A stretch of 64,000 bases of DNA from positions 1-64,000 of the IMG/VR virus record IMGVR_UViG_3300021387_000573, one strand, 5' to 3'. Position numbers and translations under genes: made by a program. Of this stretch, positions 28,182-38,083 are shown piece by piece; position 1 is the stretch's first letter, and each line of letters opens with the position of its first letter. Origin of the DNA: a virus. Its lineage: Duplodnaviria > Caudoviricetes. The notes under the pieces were generated by a model. The model had not been told where the DNA came from. It saw only the letters and a list, made by a program, of their open reading frames with translations, and ran no database searches.

Positions 28182-29469
28182 TTAAATTCTCCTTGGATAT
28201 GAAAAAGCCGCCAACAACTTTGTCCGGCGACTCAGATTTTGCTTTATTGAATTCCTCGCGAGTTACGAACTGGAACTTGTAGCCTTTATATCTACTGCCA
28301 CGATTTATCGATTTCCTAACCGCACGTTGGCTACATTTTCCAACTACGCCTTCTAACCAGTCAGTTGCATCGTTAGCGGATCTGAAATACATTGATACAT
28401 CTTCACAAAATAGCGGTTTTGCACCATGCTCTATGGCATTACTTAAATCTAATTTTTCTCTGTCTTCCAGAATGGTGTATGTGCACCAACCAAATTTAGC
28501 ACCAGTCTGAATATATCCAAGAGCAGTTTTATATGAAATCCGAAAAATTTTCGCAATCTCTTTAATCGTCATGAAGCCATGCGAATTTTTGTAATCACAA
28601 ATCATTTTGGCAAAGTTTGATGTTGCGAATGAATCACATAAAACCCAATTAATATCGCTAACCATCTTATCAAGCACATCAAGAAGCCCAGATGATACAA
28701 TATTATTTTTGATATAATCACAATCAGACTCGCTAGAATCTATAGCAAAGTAATAATCAATGCCATTTTCTTTCGCGATATCTCTCTTAAATATATCATT
28801 TTGCTTCTCTTCATCCAGAGTTCTGTACATGCCACCAACATGAACTGGCCTGGAATAGTGTTGTTTTCCATGCATCTCTACAATTATTTTTTTACCATGA
28901 TGCTCGATATACTCGTCATAGAACCTTCCACAAGACCAGTCAAATTTCATTTCTGGATGGAAATCAACACCGCATTGCTCCAAAACAGAATATATGAATT
29001 TATTCGGATAACTTTGACCGTCAGAACATAAACAACTTAAACCATGATTGCTCATCACCTGATGAATCTGTTTGTGATGTATTCGACCGCAATCAGGGCA
29101 TTTCATATCAACATATTTCTTGCTATACTTTGTATTTGTATATACGTCATTTTGATCAACGAAATAAACCATCATCCATGGTGCCGTCGTCGAAATGTCA
29201 TTCACACCTTTGACTATTTTGCTGGGAGAAACACAACAAGCGTTACATCCGCAAGGACGTTTCGATATAAGCGCATCTTCTCTCACCCAATCTTCGTTGC
29301 CACAATCAAGGCATCTATACAAATACCACTTTTCATTTTGTGTATATGACTTGCCGCGTTTTAATTTTTCTTTTGACCTATATTCTCTTTGAATAATGAT
29401 CAAATTTCTATCGTGTGACGAAATTTGGTCTCCAATGTCACACTTAAATTCTCCGAACATCTTCCCCAT
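28150..29469 (-). CDS. Free-standing homing endonuclease-like protein
   Basis: Zn ribbons; SYPNK..YD..IIVEMHGKQHY; C-terminal HTH/NUMOD-like region. Confidence 0.75.
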   Translation of the reverse strand: MGKMFGEFKCDIGDQISSHDRNLIIIQREYRSKEKLKRGKSYTQNEKWYLYRCLDCGNEDWVREDALISKRPCGCNACCVSPSKIVKGVNDISTTAPWMMVYFVDQNDVYTNTKYSKKYVDMKCPDCGRIHHKQIHQVMSNHGLSCLCSDGQSYPNKFIYSVLEQCGVDFHPEMKFDWSCGRFYDEYIEHHGKKIIVEMHGKQHYSRPVHVGGMYRTLDEEKQNDIFKRDIAKENGIDYYFAIDSSESDCDYIKNNIVSSGLLDVLDKMVSDINWVLCDSFATSNFAKMICDYKNSHGFMTIKEIAKIFRISYKTALGYIQTGAKFGWCTYTILEDREKLDLSNAIEHGAKPLFCEDVSMYFRSANDATDWLEGVVGKCSQRAVRKSINRGSRYKGYKFQFVTREEFNKAKSESPDKVVGGFFISKENLNAERMQGSAQ

Positions 29470-29498
29470 ATCTCGCCACCTCTTTTCTAATTAAAACA

Positions 29499-29522
29499 AG
29501 GGGCGGAGATTTCTCCGCCCCC
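29499..29522 (-). terminator. Terminator after tail tube gene
   Basis: GGGGCGGAGA/TCTCCGCCCC hairpin followed by TTGTTTT. Confidence 0.7.
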
Positions 29523-29533
29523 CCAAATAGTTT

Positions 29534-30633
29534 TTATTCAGCGTCTTCCTCGACCATATCGAGAATATTGCCGTCCTTGTCTTCCATAAGATCAACCATA
29601 TGTTCCACCGAGGTCGCTACTCTCGATGAGCGCACAAAGCGCATCTCTATGTTTCCATAAAGTGCAGACTATATCTTCATCTTTTAAGATGCCCACCACA
29701 GTCCTCTGCTTAGAGGCACTTAGTCGTTGAACCTTCTCCTGTTCGGAGCTTGGCTGCTGATTATCCATTAAAAAGCGTTTAGGATTTAACCATGCGCTAT
29801 CTACATATTTTCTTTCTACTTTCGTAACCATCACGCTTGAGCATGTTTCATCTCTACGTTGTGGTATATGTAGCTTTAGGATTTTCCAGCAATTCAATGG
29901 GTTATTTATCATACACGTCTCCGTATACGGACGCTGCTTATCTTATCAACGTCGCAGTAACCGTCGCAGGATCACCTTCGGAGCTGAAGGACAGTTCCCA
30001 AGTGCGCTGGATGGAAGCCTTATAGGCAGTGATCTTAAAGGGAGCGAACGCGCCCTCCTCGTCCTTGTCCAGAGTGCTCATGGTGATGAAGTAATCCTTC
30101 GGCATCTTCTTGTTGTTGAAGGAAATCTTCTTCACGCCGCTCTTGACCAGCAGGTAGCCAATCTCATACTCGCTGCCAACCGCAATGTCAGAAGCCGTAG
30201 TTGCGGTAAACACGTTACCAGCGAATGTACCGGCAATCGCGGCATCCTCGTCGCCGTACTGACCAGCGGGATACGCGAACACAAAACCAGTCTGAATGGT
30301 GTTGCCGTCGCCAGGAACCAGGGTGATCTTACCAGCCTCGGTAGCCTTAATCTTCTCGTGCATAGCGATGGTGGCAGAATTGTCGATGGTGCCATCGGAA
30401 AACAGAGAGAAGAACTTAAAGGTGTAGACCTGCGCCTCGACACTCAGCGTACCGGTGATGGGGTTGGGGAAGGCAATGCGACGAGCGCCCTTAGCCATAG
30501 CGTAGACGGAATCGCCTTCGAGGCCAACAGTGGTGGTATTGGCAGTCTCAAAGAACAGATATGGAGCCATAGTCTTCAGGATGCGAATATCGAGATCACA
30601 TACCTGGCGGTTGGCTTTATTCAGTTCAGGCAT
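29534..30633 (-). CDS. Major tail tube protein, two exons join(29949..30633, 29534..29595), 248 aa
   Basis: Splicing gives ...SSEGDPATVTAT-F-DLMEDKDGNILDMVEEDAE; high-expression codon bias. Confidence 0.85.
29596..29948 (-). mobile_element. ORF-less group I intron (353 nt) in tail tube gene
   Basis: P AAUUGCUGGAAA, Q AAUCAGCAGC, R UCAACGACUA, S AAGAUAUAGUCU; P1 ACGU/GCGU; terminal G. Confidence 0.93.
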
Positions 30634-30669
30634 ATTTTTATCCTCCTAAATAAAGAATGAAGACCAACC

Positions 30670-31479
30670 TTATGGCTGGCCTTTTTTAGTGTCATATTCG
30701 TTTTTGTACCAAGCATCGGGTTTGAACGTTTTCTTTTCATCGCCCCATACAGACACCCTCGTCTTATCAATCTCATAGAAAGCATCGTTTCTCAGCCTAT
30801 CAAATGAATCCATTACCTGATAGATCGTAAGTTTTCCGATGTTTGTATAATTGATAGATGGATGCCTTGTGGCAACGGCAGAAATAATATTCGGCAGAGT
30901 CAGATTGGGATCGTGCTTCCCATTCTTTTTCTGATCTCTTTTAGCCCGTTGCATTTTTTCATATAGTTTTCGTGCCTTCTCATTCTTGAATTTAATCTGC
31001 GAAGGATCAATCTCTTCTTCATCAGCTTCCATGCCGCAAACCTGTTTCAAGATATTGAGAACCTGTGGAAACAAAGGCTCGGTGATAGCGCCACGGATAT
31101 CATCTTTTGATAAATCTCCGTGCGGATCAACGCCTTTGTTCAATATAATAAAAAAGCCATGCTCGTACAGAACAGGCTCTTCGATAAAAAATCGAAACAA
31201 CTCCATGTATATTTCACGCAAAGACTCATCCGCTTCTATAGCAGAAAACAGCGTCATAGAATCCCTTTCCTCGTCGGATAAAGATTCCCACAGCTTCTTG
31301 CCAGCCTCTACGTTAATCTTTGTGAAATACAACTCCGGAGTCATCGAAAGAAAACTCTCATAGAACGCGAGCGTGTCAAATCCGATATCCCAAATCATAT
31401 CAATCGTCGGCTTCCTGATAGTGCAAATAGATAATCGGATCGGGAGCGGACTCGTCATAGTGCCGTAATCAAGTCTCAT
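30670..31479 (-). CDS. Conserved tail-module protein
   Basis: ORF between tail terminator and tube. Confidence 0.55.
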   Translation of the reverse strand: MRLDYGTMTSPLPIRLSICTIRKPTIDMIWDIGFDTLAFYESFLSMTPELYFTKINVEAGKKLWESLSDEERDSMTLFSAIEADESLREIYMELFRFFIEEPVLYEHGFFIILNKGVDPHGDLSKDDIRGAITEPLFPQVLNILKQVCGMEADEEEIDPSQIKFKNEKARKLYEKMQRAKRDQKKNGKHDPNLTLPNIISAVATRHPSINYTNIGKLTIYQVMDSFDRLRNDAFYEIDKTRVSVWGDEKKTFKPDAWYKNEYDTKKGQP

Positions 31480-31967
31480 CTAAAATTGGGCACCTCGAAA
31501 GTCATCTGCACGCCATACATCTGCCTAGAGTTATACGGATATACAGACACTAGGTTCATCGGCCCAATGCCGAATTCCTTATTGACTTCTTCGTCGTTGA
31601 TCAGAACATCCTCGATCATTTGTGAGAGAATGTCGGAGCGATTGCCGTGATAACCTTCCTTTGAGTAATCATCCAGAATGTCCCTATGGCAGATCGCATA
31701 CAACGTAACTTGGCAAGTCTTTGTATTCGTTCGCAGACTCGGCATAATAACATCGTAATAAATGAACGATTCCGTCGCCTCGATAGTGTCGTCGATGAAC
31801 AAGTGAGACTTAACATGATCGCGAAACTCTTTCATAATTTGAGAAGTTTTCTTCCCGGTAAGATCTCCGAGCAGGAGCTCTTTGATGTCGGCACTCTTAT
31901 ACAAGGCGGCATGGATGTTCTCTTTGAATATCCCGCGTTCTGCGGTGTCTTTATTAACTTTAGCCAT
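31476..31967 (-). CDS. Putative tail terminator
   Basis: Size and synteny; GNRSDILS motif. Confidence 0.5.
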   Translation of the reverse strand: MAKVNKDTAERGIFKENIHAALYKSADIKELLLGDLTGKKTSQIMKEFRDHVKSHLFIDDTIEATESFIYYDVIMPSLRTNTKTCQVTLYAICHRDILDDYSKEGYHGNRSDILSQMIEDVLINDEEVNKEFGIGPMNLVSVYPYNSRQMYGVQMTFEVPNFR

Positions 31968-31977
31968 TCATTCCACC

Positions 31978-33051
31978 TCACATAAAAGACTCAATGGTAA
32001 ATGTGATAGAAGCCGATTCATACCCGTCTGCACTCAAAGTCAGCACGAATGAATTGTTCACCAATTTCTTGTTGTTGGCGGAAATCACAATCGCGTTCTC
32101 TGCGTACTCGATGTCCAATAATTCGGACAAGTCGCCGACAATGCTCCACTCGGGTGCTACATCGGACACCACTTTCCCGTCAACATCATAGAACCTTGCG
32201 ACGAATGCGACTGGCTCAATGTCGTTATAGATCACTGGCTCCTCGCAAACGATCTCGCAGGAGCGTGAAGTGATGCCGTCATTTTCGGCGACAGGCACAT
32301 CGCACAGCCAATAGCCTGCTCCATCGATGACATAGTACCCATCGTCTTTGTGTTGCTCGTCCTGCGTCACCATGATCTGGTGCAGACCACTGTCCTGATA
32401 GTCGTACAGAACAGAGTCAACGCGAGTGACGTTGTAAGTAATAACCGGATTCGATGTATCGACCGACACGGAATCGTCAAATGACTTCTCGTAGATCTTG
32501 CACCGCCTGTCGATCACAAAGCGCTTGTTCTGCGTAATCATCAGCGACTCGTCGTCGTCTGGCAACGAGATCAGCAACTGGTCGGAGCGGATCGTATAAT
32601 CTAAATTCACATGCTCGCCGTTGTTGTATTGCGAGGCTGAGATGACATTCGCCCAGCGTTGTATTGGCTTACCGGCATCATTCAGCCAAGAAAGTTGATA
32701 GTTGCAGATAGATAAAATAGCCTTTTCATAAATGCCATTATCATCTACGATACCGACAATCAGCCAGAACCGACCCTTCACCTTAGCGTACATTCCCGCA
32801 TGGCAAGAGCCAATCGGCACCAGCAGATGTCGCACGAGAGTTTTCAGTTTGGTGTCAGTCAGCCTATTATTAAAAATTGCCCGAATGGCAGTACATTCGG
32901 ACAAGTCATAATTATAAAGCTCTACATCCAGAGCTACATCAGATTCCAGCGCTTCAAGAAAACCTTCTTCGCCAAAGTCGTTCAGCGCTTCGCTTTCAAA
33001 GCCGCTCAACTGCATATGTGGCGGTCGCATCAAATACCAACTTTGTGCCAT
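31978..33051 (-). CDS. Head closure / neck protein with Ig-like C-terminus
   Basis: WLIV..CNY.L.W pattern; synteny. Confidence 0.55.
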   Translation of the reverse strand: MAQSWYLMRPPHMQLSGFESEALNDFGEEGFLEALESDVALDVELYNYDLSECTAIRAIFNNRLTDTKLKTLVRHLLVPIGSCHAGMYAKVKGRFWLIVGIVDDNGIYEKAILSICNYQLSWLNDAGKPIQRWANVISASQYNNGEHVNLDYTIRSDQLLISLPDDDESLMITQNKRFVIDRRCKIYEKSFDDSVSVDTSNPVITYNVTRVDSVLYDYQDSGLHQIMVTQDEQHKDDGYYVIDGAGYWLCDVPVAENDGITSRSCEIVCEEPVIYNDIEPVAFVARFYDVDGKVVSDVAPEWSIVGDLSELLDIEYAENAIVISANNKKLVNNSFVLTLSADGYESASITFTIESFM

Positions 33052-33059
33052 AACTCACC

Positions 33060-33464
33060 TCAATTGTAGGCGGTAGGCTTCTGATTGGCCGTCATGATGG
33101 TCGCCTTGACAACGTTATAATCGAGCTCGTTCTTCGCAGCGGTCTTTGACCCGTTGTTTCCGTCAATGCTCAGATCTTTGGACACTATCGAAACGCGCTT
33201 ATTCACTTTGGAAACCTCGCGCTCCATATAGTAGACCTTCATCATCTGAGCCAAGGTATCAATCACATACTGGTCAATCACACCATCGAACGTTTCCTCG
33301 CCCACGAGCGAAATGGGCTCTATTTCTACGGAATATTGAGCGACAGCTTTTTTCAGCCAAAGCAATTCAAGTTCGAGCGGGATGATGCTCTTATCTTGGA
33401 ACGAGGCTTCAAAGCTGTCGATTACTTCGTCAGCGCTGGTCGGAGTGACAGTGTTCTCGTCCAT
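33060..33464 (-). CDS. Head-tail adaptor
   Basis: Size and synteny. Confidence 0.5.
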   Translation of the reverse strand: MDENTVTPTSADEVIDSFEASFQDKSIIPLELELLWLKKAVAQYSVEIEPISLVGEETFDGVIDQYVIDTLAQMMKVYYMEREVSKVNKRVSIVSKDLSIDGNNGSKTAAKNELDYNVVKATIMTANQKPTAYN

Positions 33465-33482
33465 AAGAACACCTCCTATCTT

Positions 33483-33971
33483 TTACAGGCGATAACCCGT
33501 ATGTTCTTCTGCAAATCGGATCTTGCGATAATCGTTGATGCCAAGACGTTTGATTGCATCCAGCACAGCCAGTTGTTCAGAGCTAATCTGGAAAGCATTC
33601 TTAAACGCTGCTTCAAATTCGCTCTGATTCTGAATGCCGAAAACTTCCTGCACCAGTTCGTCGCTAAAACAGAGTTGCTTCTGCGTGCCGTCTTCGCTCT
33701 CGAAACCGCACTCTACGCGGGTGGGAGCATCGTCAATCAGAAGCGTAGCGTGGCTGCCTTTGCCATCCGTGCCAGTAAACAGTTTGTTTCCGTTATTGCA
33801 CTGCGAGATAATCTCATTGCGTGGCAGACGAAAAGTGCCTTTCGGTGAAAATGTCACGTCGGCGTCAATATCGGTGCGGTGAAATCCGGTGTTCCACTCA
33901 GCAATACTGCGCACCGTTACCTTCTTGTCAAGATCCAATTCTTTCTCTCTTGCAGTTCTTGTTCCTGCCAT
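33483..33971 (-). CDS. Conserved virion-module protein
   Basis: FTGTDGKGSHA motif; follows capsid. Confidence 0.55.
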   Translation of the reverse strand: MAGTRTAREKELDLDKKVTVRSIAEWNTGFHRTDIDADVTFSPKGTFRLPRNEIISQCNNGNKLFTGTDGKGSHATLLIDDAPTRVECGFESEDGTQKQLCFSDELVQEVFGIQNQSEFEAAFKNAFQISSEQLAVLDAIKRLGINDYRKIRFAEEHTGYRL

Positions 33972-34004
33972 TTCTTAACCCTCTTTCAACTAAGTCAAAT
34001 GATA

Positions 34005-34193
34005 TTAATTAAACTTGTGCTTCATTTCGTTGTAGGATGCAATAATCCTGTCAAGACGCTCCGACTTCTGGAAGACCCAGTAGCGTTTGCCAGTGTTGCT
34101 GTTGATCCGTGAGTCAAAGCACTTCTCAGAAAAGGCGCTCAAATAATGGAAAAGCCTGAAAGAATAACAATAAAAGTTTGAACTATTTTCCAT
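34005..34193 (-). CDS. DUF5659-like small protein
   Basis: FYCYS..L..YL..N..T...YWVF. Confidence 0.6.
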   Translation of the reverse strand: MENSSNFYCYSFRLFHYLSAFSEKCFDSRINSNTGKRYWVFQKSERLDRIIASYNEMKHKFN

Positions 34194-34206
34194 TATGAAA
34201 CCTCTA

Positions 34207-35154
34207 TTATTTTTGCAATTTCGTCGATAAGATATCTTCTATGCGATTGAAATCCCAGTACCAAATCTCAAGGAGGTCGATGCCATTTTCGGAAACATAT
34301 TCCTTCTTGCGTCTATCGTGCTCTTGTAGTGTTTGGTACTTCTCTTCGCTCTGATAACCAACCGATCCATCATGAAACTCTCCCTGATATTCAATCAGTA
34401 GATTCTCAGACGGAAGAAAGAAGTCAAAGCGTAGCGGACGACCACCAAAACCATTTAGCCCGTCGAATCTTTTCTGCGGGTCATAGTCGATATTGTGCTC
34501 TTTCAGGTAGTTGCGGATCTTCGCCTCCCCACGAGACAGATAGCAATCTGGACATGCACTTGCCTTCCTCTTATCTATCAATTGGTGAGCCCTTGTTTCC
34601 CAAACTCTACCACAGATCTTACACTTGCATGTGATAGGCAACTCATCTTTTTGATACTTTGATATCACATCAAATGTGTCCCAGTTGAGATTATACTTTC
34701 TTATTTCGCCCATGAATTGTTCGTGCGACTTGATTCTCAAATTCTGCACATATCGCATAGCGCATGGTTTGCAAGCATTCCCAGCCATAAGTGCATCAGG
34801 ACATGCATCCCAAACATGCCCGCATTTGGCACATTTGACTTTTACTTTTGTTTTCATATCGTGATATTGCTCAAGAAAAATAACCTTGTTTGCAACATCT
34901 CCGATTTCAAAAACAAATTGCTCATGCGTCTTGCGAGCGCAACTTGTAACATATTCCTGCGCGCACAATTTGCATCCATGCACAGATTTAAGCACTGCCC
35001 CTGGCGTTACATCGAAAACATAATCATGTAAAGAACACTTCATTGAGATTGGTTTCTTTGCAGTTTGGTACTTCCCAATCACCTCAAGATGCGGATGTAA
35101 ACTCTTTACTTCATCGACGAATTCTTCTTGTGTTTTTCGTTTGCTCAAAGCCAA
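34207..35154 (-). CDS. Free-standing homing endonuclease-like protein
   Basis: KTHEQF/Zn-ribbon repeats; SRGE..FDFFLP..LIEYQGEFHD. Confidence 0.8.
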   Translation of the reverse strand: MALSKRKTQEEFVDEVKSLHPHLEVIGKYQTAKKPISMKCSLHDYVFDVTPGAVLKSVHGCKLCAQEYVTSCARKTHEQFVFEIGDVANKVIFLEQYHDMKTKVKVKCAKCGHVWDACPDALMAGNACKPCAMRYVQNLRIKSHEQFMGEIRKYNLNWDTFDVISKYQKDELPITCKCKICGRVWETRAHQLIDKRKASACPDCYLSRGEAKIRNYLKEHNIDYDPQKRFDGLNGFGGRPLRFDFFLPSENLLIEYQGEFHDGSVGYQSEEKYQTLQEHDRRKKEYVSENGIDLLEIWYWDFNRIEDILSTKLQK

Positions 35155-35171
35155 TCCTCCTTCTTAGTAAA

Positions 35172-35196
35172 AGCCCCACCGGAAATCCGGTGGGGC
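35172..35196 (-). terminator. Terminator after capsid gene
   Basis: GCCCCACCGGA/TCCGGTGGGGC followed by TTTT. Confidence 0.75.
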
Positions 35197-35250
35197 ATAA
35201 TCTAAGAGGTGGCAGGTGGCTATCCTGCAAATCCTCTAAAAAGGAGAAAA

Positions 35251-36342
35251 TTAGCCGAGGTTGGTGTCTTTGAGCAGGCCAATTTCAAACTCGTGGCCTT
35301 TGGCAACATCACAGCCAACTTCCAAATCGAAGCGGCTCAAAATTCTACCAGTCTTCACATCGTTGCCGCTGAAGGTGGTCAGGCCGCCACGGGTGTAAGT
35401 GGCAATGGGAGACTTACCGCCGGTGGGCAGCACGAAGGCCAGACCCTGGGGCAGCATGGTGGCGAAGTTGTCGCCAGCCGCATTCTTGGAGGTGAAGTCA
35501 TAGGGATTATCCATCTCAGCAAGCACGGAGCCGTTGTACATGCCCAGCAGGCCATTCTGCTGCAGCTCGTTCATGGCCTTCTCGGAAATACCGAGGATGG
35601 TATTGGAGTTGATGGAGCCAACATAGCCAGCCCAAGGAGTGAACTGGGAAATCATAGCATAGTCGCCGATAACGGTAGGACGGCCAATGCGGCGCACCTT
35701 GCCAAGCACGTCGTCAACGCCCTGCTTGGTCAGGCCGGCACCCTGGAAAGCGTACTTCACGCCGGTGGCATTGTAGATCGCGTTGTAAACCTTATCAATA
35801 ATGGCAGCCTTGGCGCGGTTCATGATGTCAACGCGCACCTGCGCCATGCCCTCGTTCTCCTTGGACATATCGCCAAGAGCAACACGGCGGTAATCAACCT
35901 GATAGCCACCGGAAACAGTCCAGGTAGCGACAGGATAGGTCTCTTTGACGAGAGAGGGGAACACAACGTCGCCGTTCGCGGCCTGCTCGCGGGACTTCTC
36001 GCCAACATGCTTCCAGACCTCGCGCTCGATGCTCTCATCCCAGCCAACATTCTGGTAAGAACCAAAGATACCGAGGAGCTTGATCTCTTCCATCAGCAGA
36101 GGCTCAACGACCAGGCGGCGGATGGAGTTCAGTTCGGAAATAGCGGAGTAGTCGCCGTTCGTGGCACGCTCGCCAAGAGCCTTGATATAAGTGACAGCCT
36201 TGTCAGCCTTGGCACCAAAGCGATCCAGAGACTCGCCATTGGCCATCGCGGCAAAGACCTCTACAACAGGGGAGTGAGCATTGAGCTGGCTGTTGACAAC
36301 GATGTCCTTGCGCTCGTTATTCATCTCAAAAGTAGTTTTCAT
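35251..36342 (-). CDS. Major capsid protein
   Basis: 363 aa, strong codon bias, synteny after scaffold and decoration genes. Confidence 0.85.
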   Translation of the reverse strand: MKTTFEMNNERKDIVVNSQLNAHSPVVEVFAAMANGESLDRFGAKADKAVTYIKALGERATNGDYSAISELNSIRRLVVEPLLMEEIKLLGIFGSYQNVGWDESIEREVWKHVGEKSREQAANGDVVFPSLVKETYPVATWTVSGGYQVDYRRVALGDMSKENEGMAQVRVDIMNRAKAAIIDKVYNAIYNATGVKYAFQGAGLTKQGVDDVLGKVRRIGRPTVIGDYAMISQFTPWAGYVGSINSNTILGISEKAMNELQQNGLLGMYNGSVLAEMDNPYDFTSKNAAGDNFATMLPQGLAFVLPTGGKSPIATYTRGGLTTFSGNDVKTGRILSRFDLEVGCDVAKGHEFEIGLLKDTNLG

Positions 36343-36378
36343 CTATGTAGAACCTTCCTTTCAAAGCATTTACGCTGA

Positions 36379-36774
36379 TTACTCAACAGCGCCGATCTTC
36401 ACGATCACAGCGTCGCCGGTGAGCTGGGTCTTGGCAACGGCTGTGAAGGAAACGGTAGGAGTGCCAACCAGATAATCGGACTTAAAAGTCACGGCATCGC
36501 CAGCCTTCAGACCGGCATAAGCGTTGGTGATGTGCTTGGCATCCACAACCAGCTCCTGGCCGATGTTCGCGCTCAGGTTGAAGCCGTTCAGAAACTCGCC
36601 GGCGGGGATCACAACGTCATCCTTGTAAGCGTCGTCGCCGTTGATGGTGTTCCAGATCATGTAGGTTTCGCCATCAGCAACAAAGATGGAGCCGTTCTTA
36701 ACAGCGGCATTGTGAGTCAGCACGGGGTTATTCTTGGCGATCTCGATCTCGCCAACAGTGCGGAATTTAACCAT
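36379..36774 (-). CDS. Head decoration / capsid-associated protein
   Basis: 131 aa between scaffold and major capsid; high-expression codons. Confidence 0.65.
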   Translation of the reverse strand: MVKFRTVGEIEIAKNNPVLTHNAAVKNGSIFVADGETYMIWNTINGDDAYKDDVVIPAGEFLNGFNLSANIGQELVVDAKHITNAYAGLKAGDAVTFKSDYLVGTPTVSFTAVAKTQLTGDAVIVKIGAVE

Positions 36775-36802
36775 TTGTATTTACCTTCCTTTTCTTAAAG
36801 CA

Positions 36803-37999
36803 TTAAAAAATGCTGGTGTCTTCGTCATCCTTGGATTCCTCAACGGCACCAAAGATGTCATCGACATCAGCGTTCGCGGAGTTCTGCTCCACAACAACAG
36901 CCTCGGCTTCGGCAGCCTTGGCATTCTTACCGATCTGCTCGTAGATCTTGCTCACAACAGCATTGATCTCAACGCTCATCGGATCTTCCTCAAAAGCCTT
37001 CATCTCTTCAGCAACGCAAGCCTTCTCCTCGTCGGTGAACTTGGACAGCGCTTCGTTCATCTCACCAACACGCTCACGAGCCTGAGCCTCGCCAAGCTGC
37101 TTGCGCAGGGCCTCTGCTTCAGCATACAGACGAGACATCTCCTCATCCTTCTGACGCATTTCTTCGTGAACCTGATCGAGCGCCTCCTGAATCTTCTGGG
37201 CGCTGGCAGTCGCTTCATTCTTCTCGGCGATAGCGGTATCGCGGGCTTCATTCGCCTCGGCGACCTTTGTCTCGCACTCAGCCTTAATCTGCTCAATAGT
37301 AGACTTCTGGCTATTCAGTTCAGAGACGGTCTGCTCCACCAGAGACTTAATTTCCTCAGCAGTCATCTGATTGCTTTCCTCCTTATTCTCGTTGATTTCC
37401 AATAAAACTGCGGACGGGTCAGCTTCCTTAATAGACAGGATCGCATACCCGCTGTACTGATAGAATTGTGGTGTTCGTGACTCTTCGTGATATCCATTCT
37501 CGTAGATGATCGCGTCATGTTCAGAATCCTTGATGATTTCTACGCTGCCATGGATAGTTTCGCCGCTTTCAAAATCTGCCTCCAATTTTTCCACGTAGGC
37601 CGGATAGCACATCGCATCCACAACACCATAACCGACAAGGCATCTGCGAACATCGCCTTCGCCAAACTCAACATCCTCGATCTCGGCCTTTTTGAAATGA
37701 CCGATTACAGTCGCGTCTTCAAAATGAGGAAGCATGTCAGCGCCAATATCAGTCGCGCCGTGCCCCCAAGTTTCAATACGGTCGTCGTCCAAAAATTCCA
37801 CACGGATGCTTTTGTCTGCGACAGAATCCTTGTTTGCCTCAACCCACTTCTCTCGCCATGCCAAACCGTTCAGGTTTGTCTGACTGCCAGTGCCATCTGA
37901 GGAGAATGTGTCTTCTGGATAGATTTCATGGAGAACAATTCGGATATCTCGCATGCCGTCTTTCGCTTTCTTGTTTGAAAGTTCAAATCGTTTTATCAT
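36803..37999 (-). CDS. Prohead protease-scaffold fusion
   Basis: Globular N-domain (GHG, GSVEI) plus acidic coiled-coil C-half. Confidence 0.7.
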   Translation of the reverse strand: MIKRFELSNKKAKDGMRDIRIVLHEIYPEDTFSSDGTGSQTNLNGLAWREKWVEANKDSVADKSIRVEFLDDDRIETWGHGATDIGADMLPHFEDATVIGHFKKAEIEDVEFGEGDVRRCLVGYGVVDAMCYPAYVEKLEADFESGETIHGSVEIIKDSEHDAIIYENGYHEESRTPQFYQYSGYAILSIKEADPSAVLLEINENKEESNQMTAEEIKSLVEQTVSELNSQKSTIEQIKAECETKVAEANEARDTAIAEKNEATASAQKIQEALDQVHEEMRQKDEEMSRLYAEAEALRKQLGEAQARERVGEMNEALSKFTDEEKACVAEEMKAFEEDPMSVEINAVVSKIYEQIGKNAKAAEAEAVVVEQNSANADVDDIFGAVEESKDDEDTSIF

Positions 38000-38032
38000 T
38001 CACACCACCTTTCTGATCGAAGTTTTATATAT

Positions 38033-38063
38033 AAAAAGAGACCGGCTCATTCGAACCGATCTC
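38033..38063 (-). terminator. Terminator after portal
   Basis: AGAGATCGG..CCGGTCTCT followed by T-run. Confidence 0.65.
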
Positions 38064-38083
38064 TTATTAACGGATTGCACTCT

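Noticed and set aside
29592-29912. 106-aa ORF downstream of the tail tube gene
   Set aside because: Lies over the ribozyme core; no RBS or recognisable domain
35209-37405. Long plus-strand ORFs (389 aa and 223 aa)
   Set aside because: Antisense shadows of codon-biased capsid and scaffold genes
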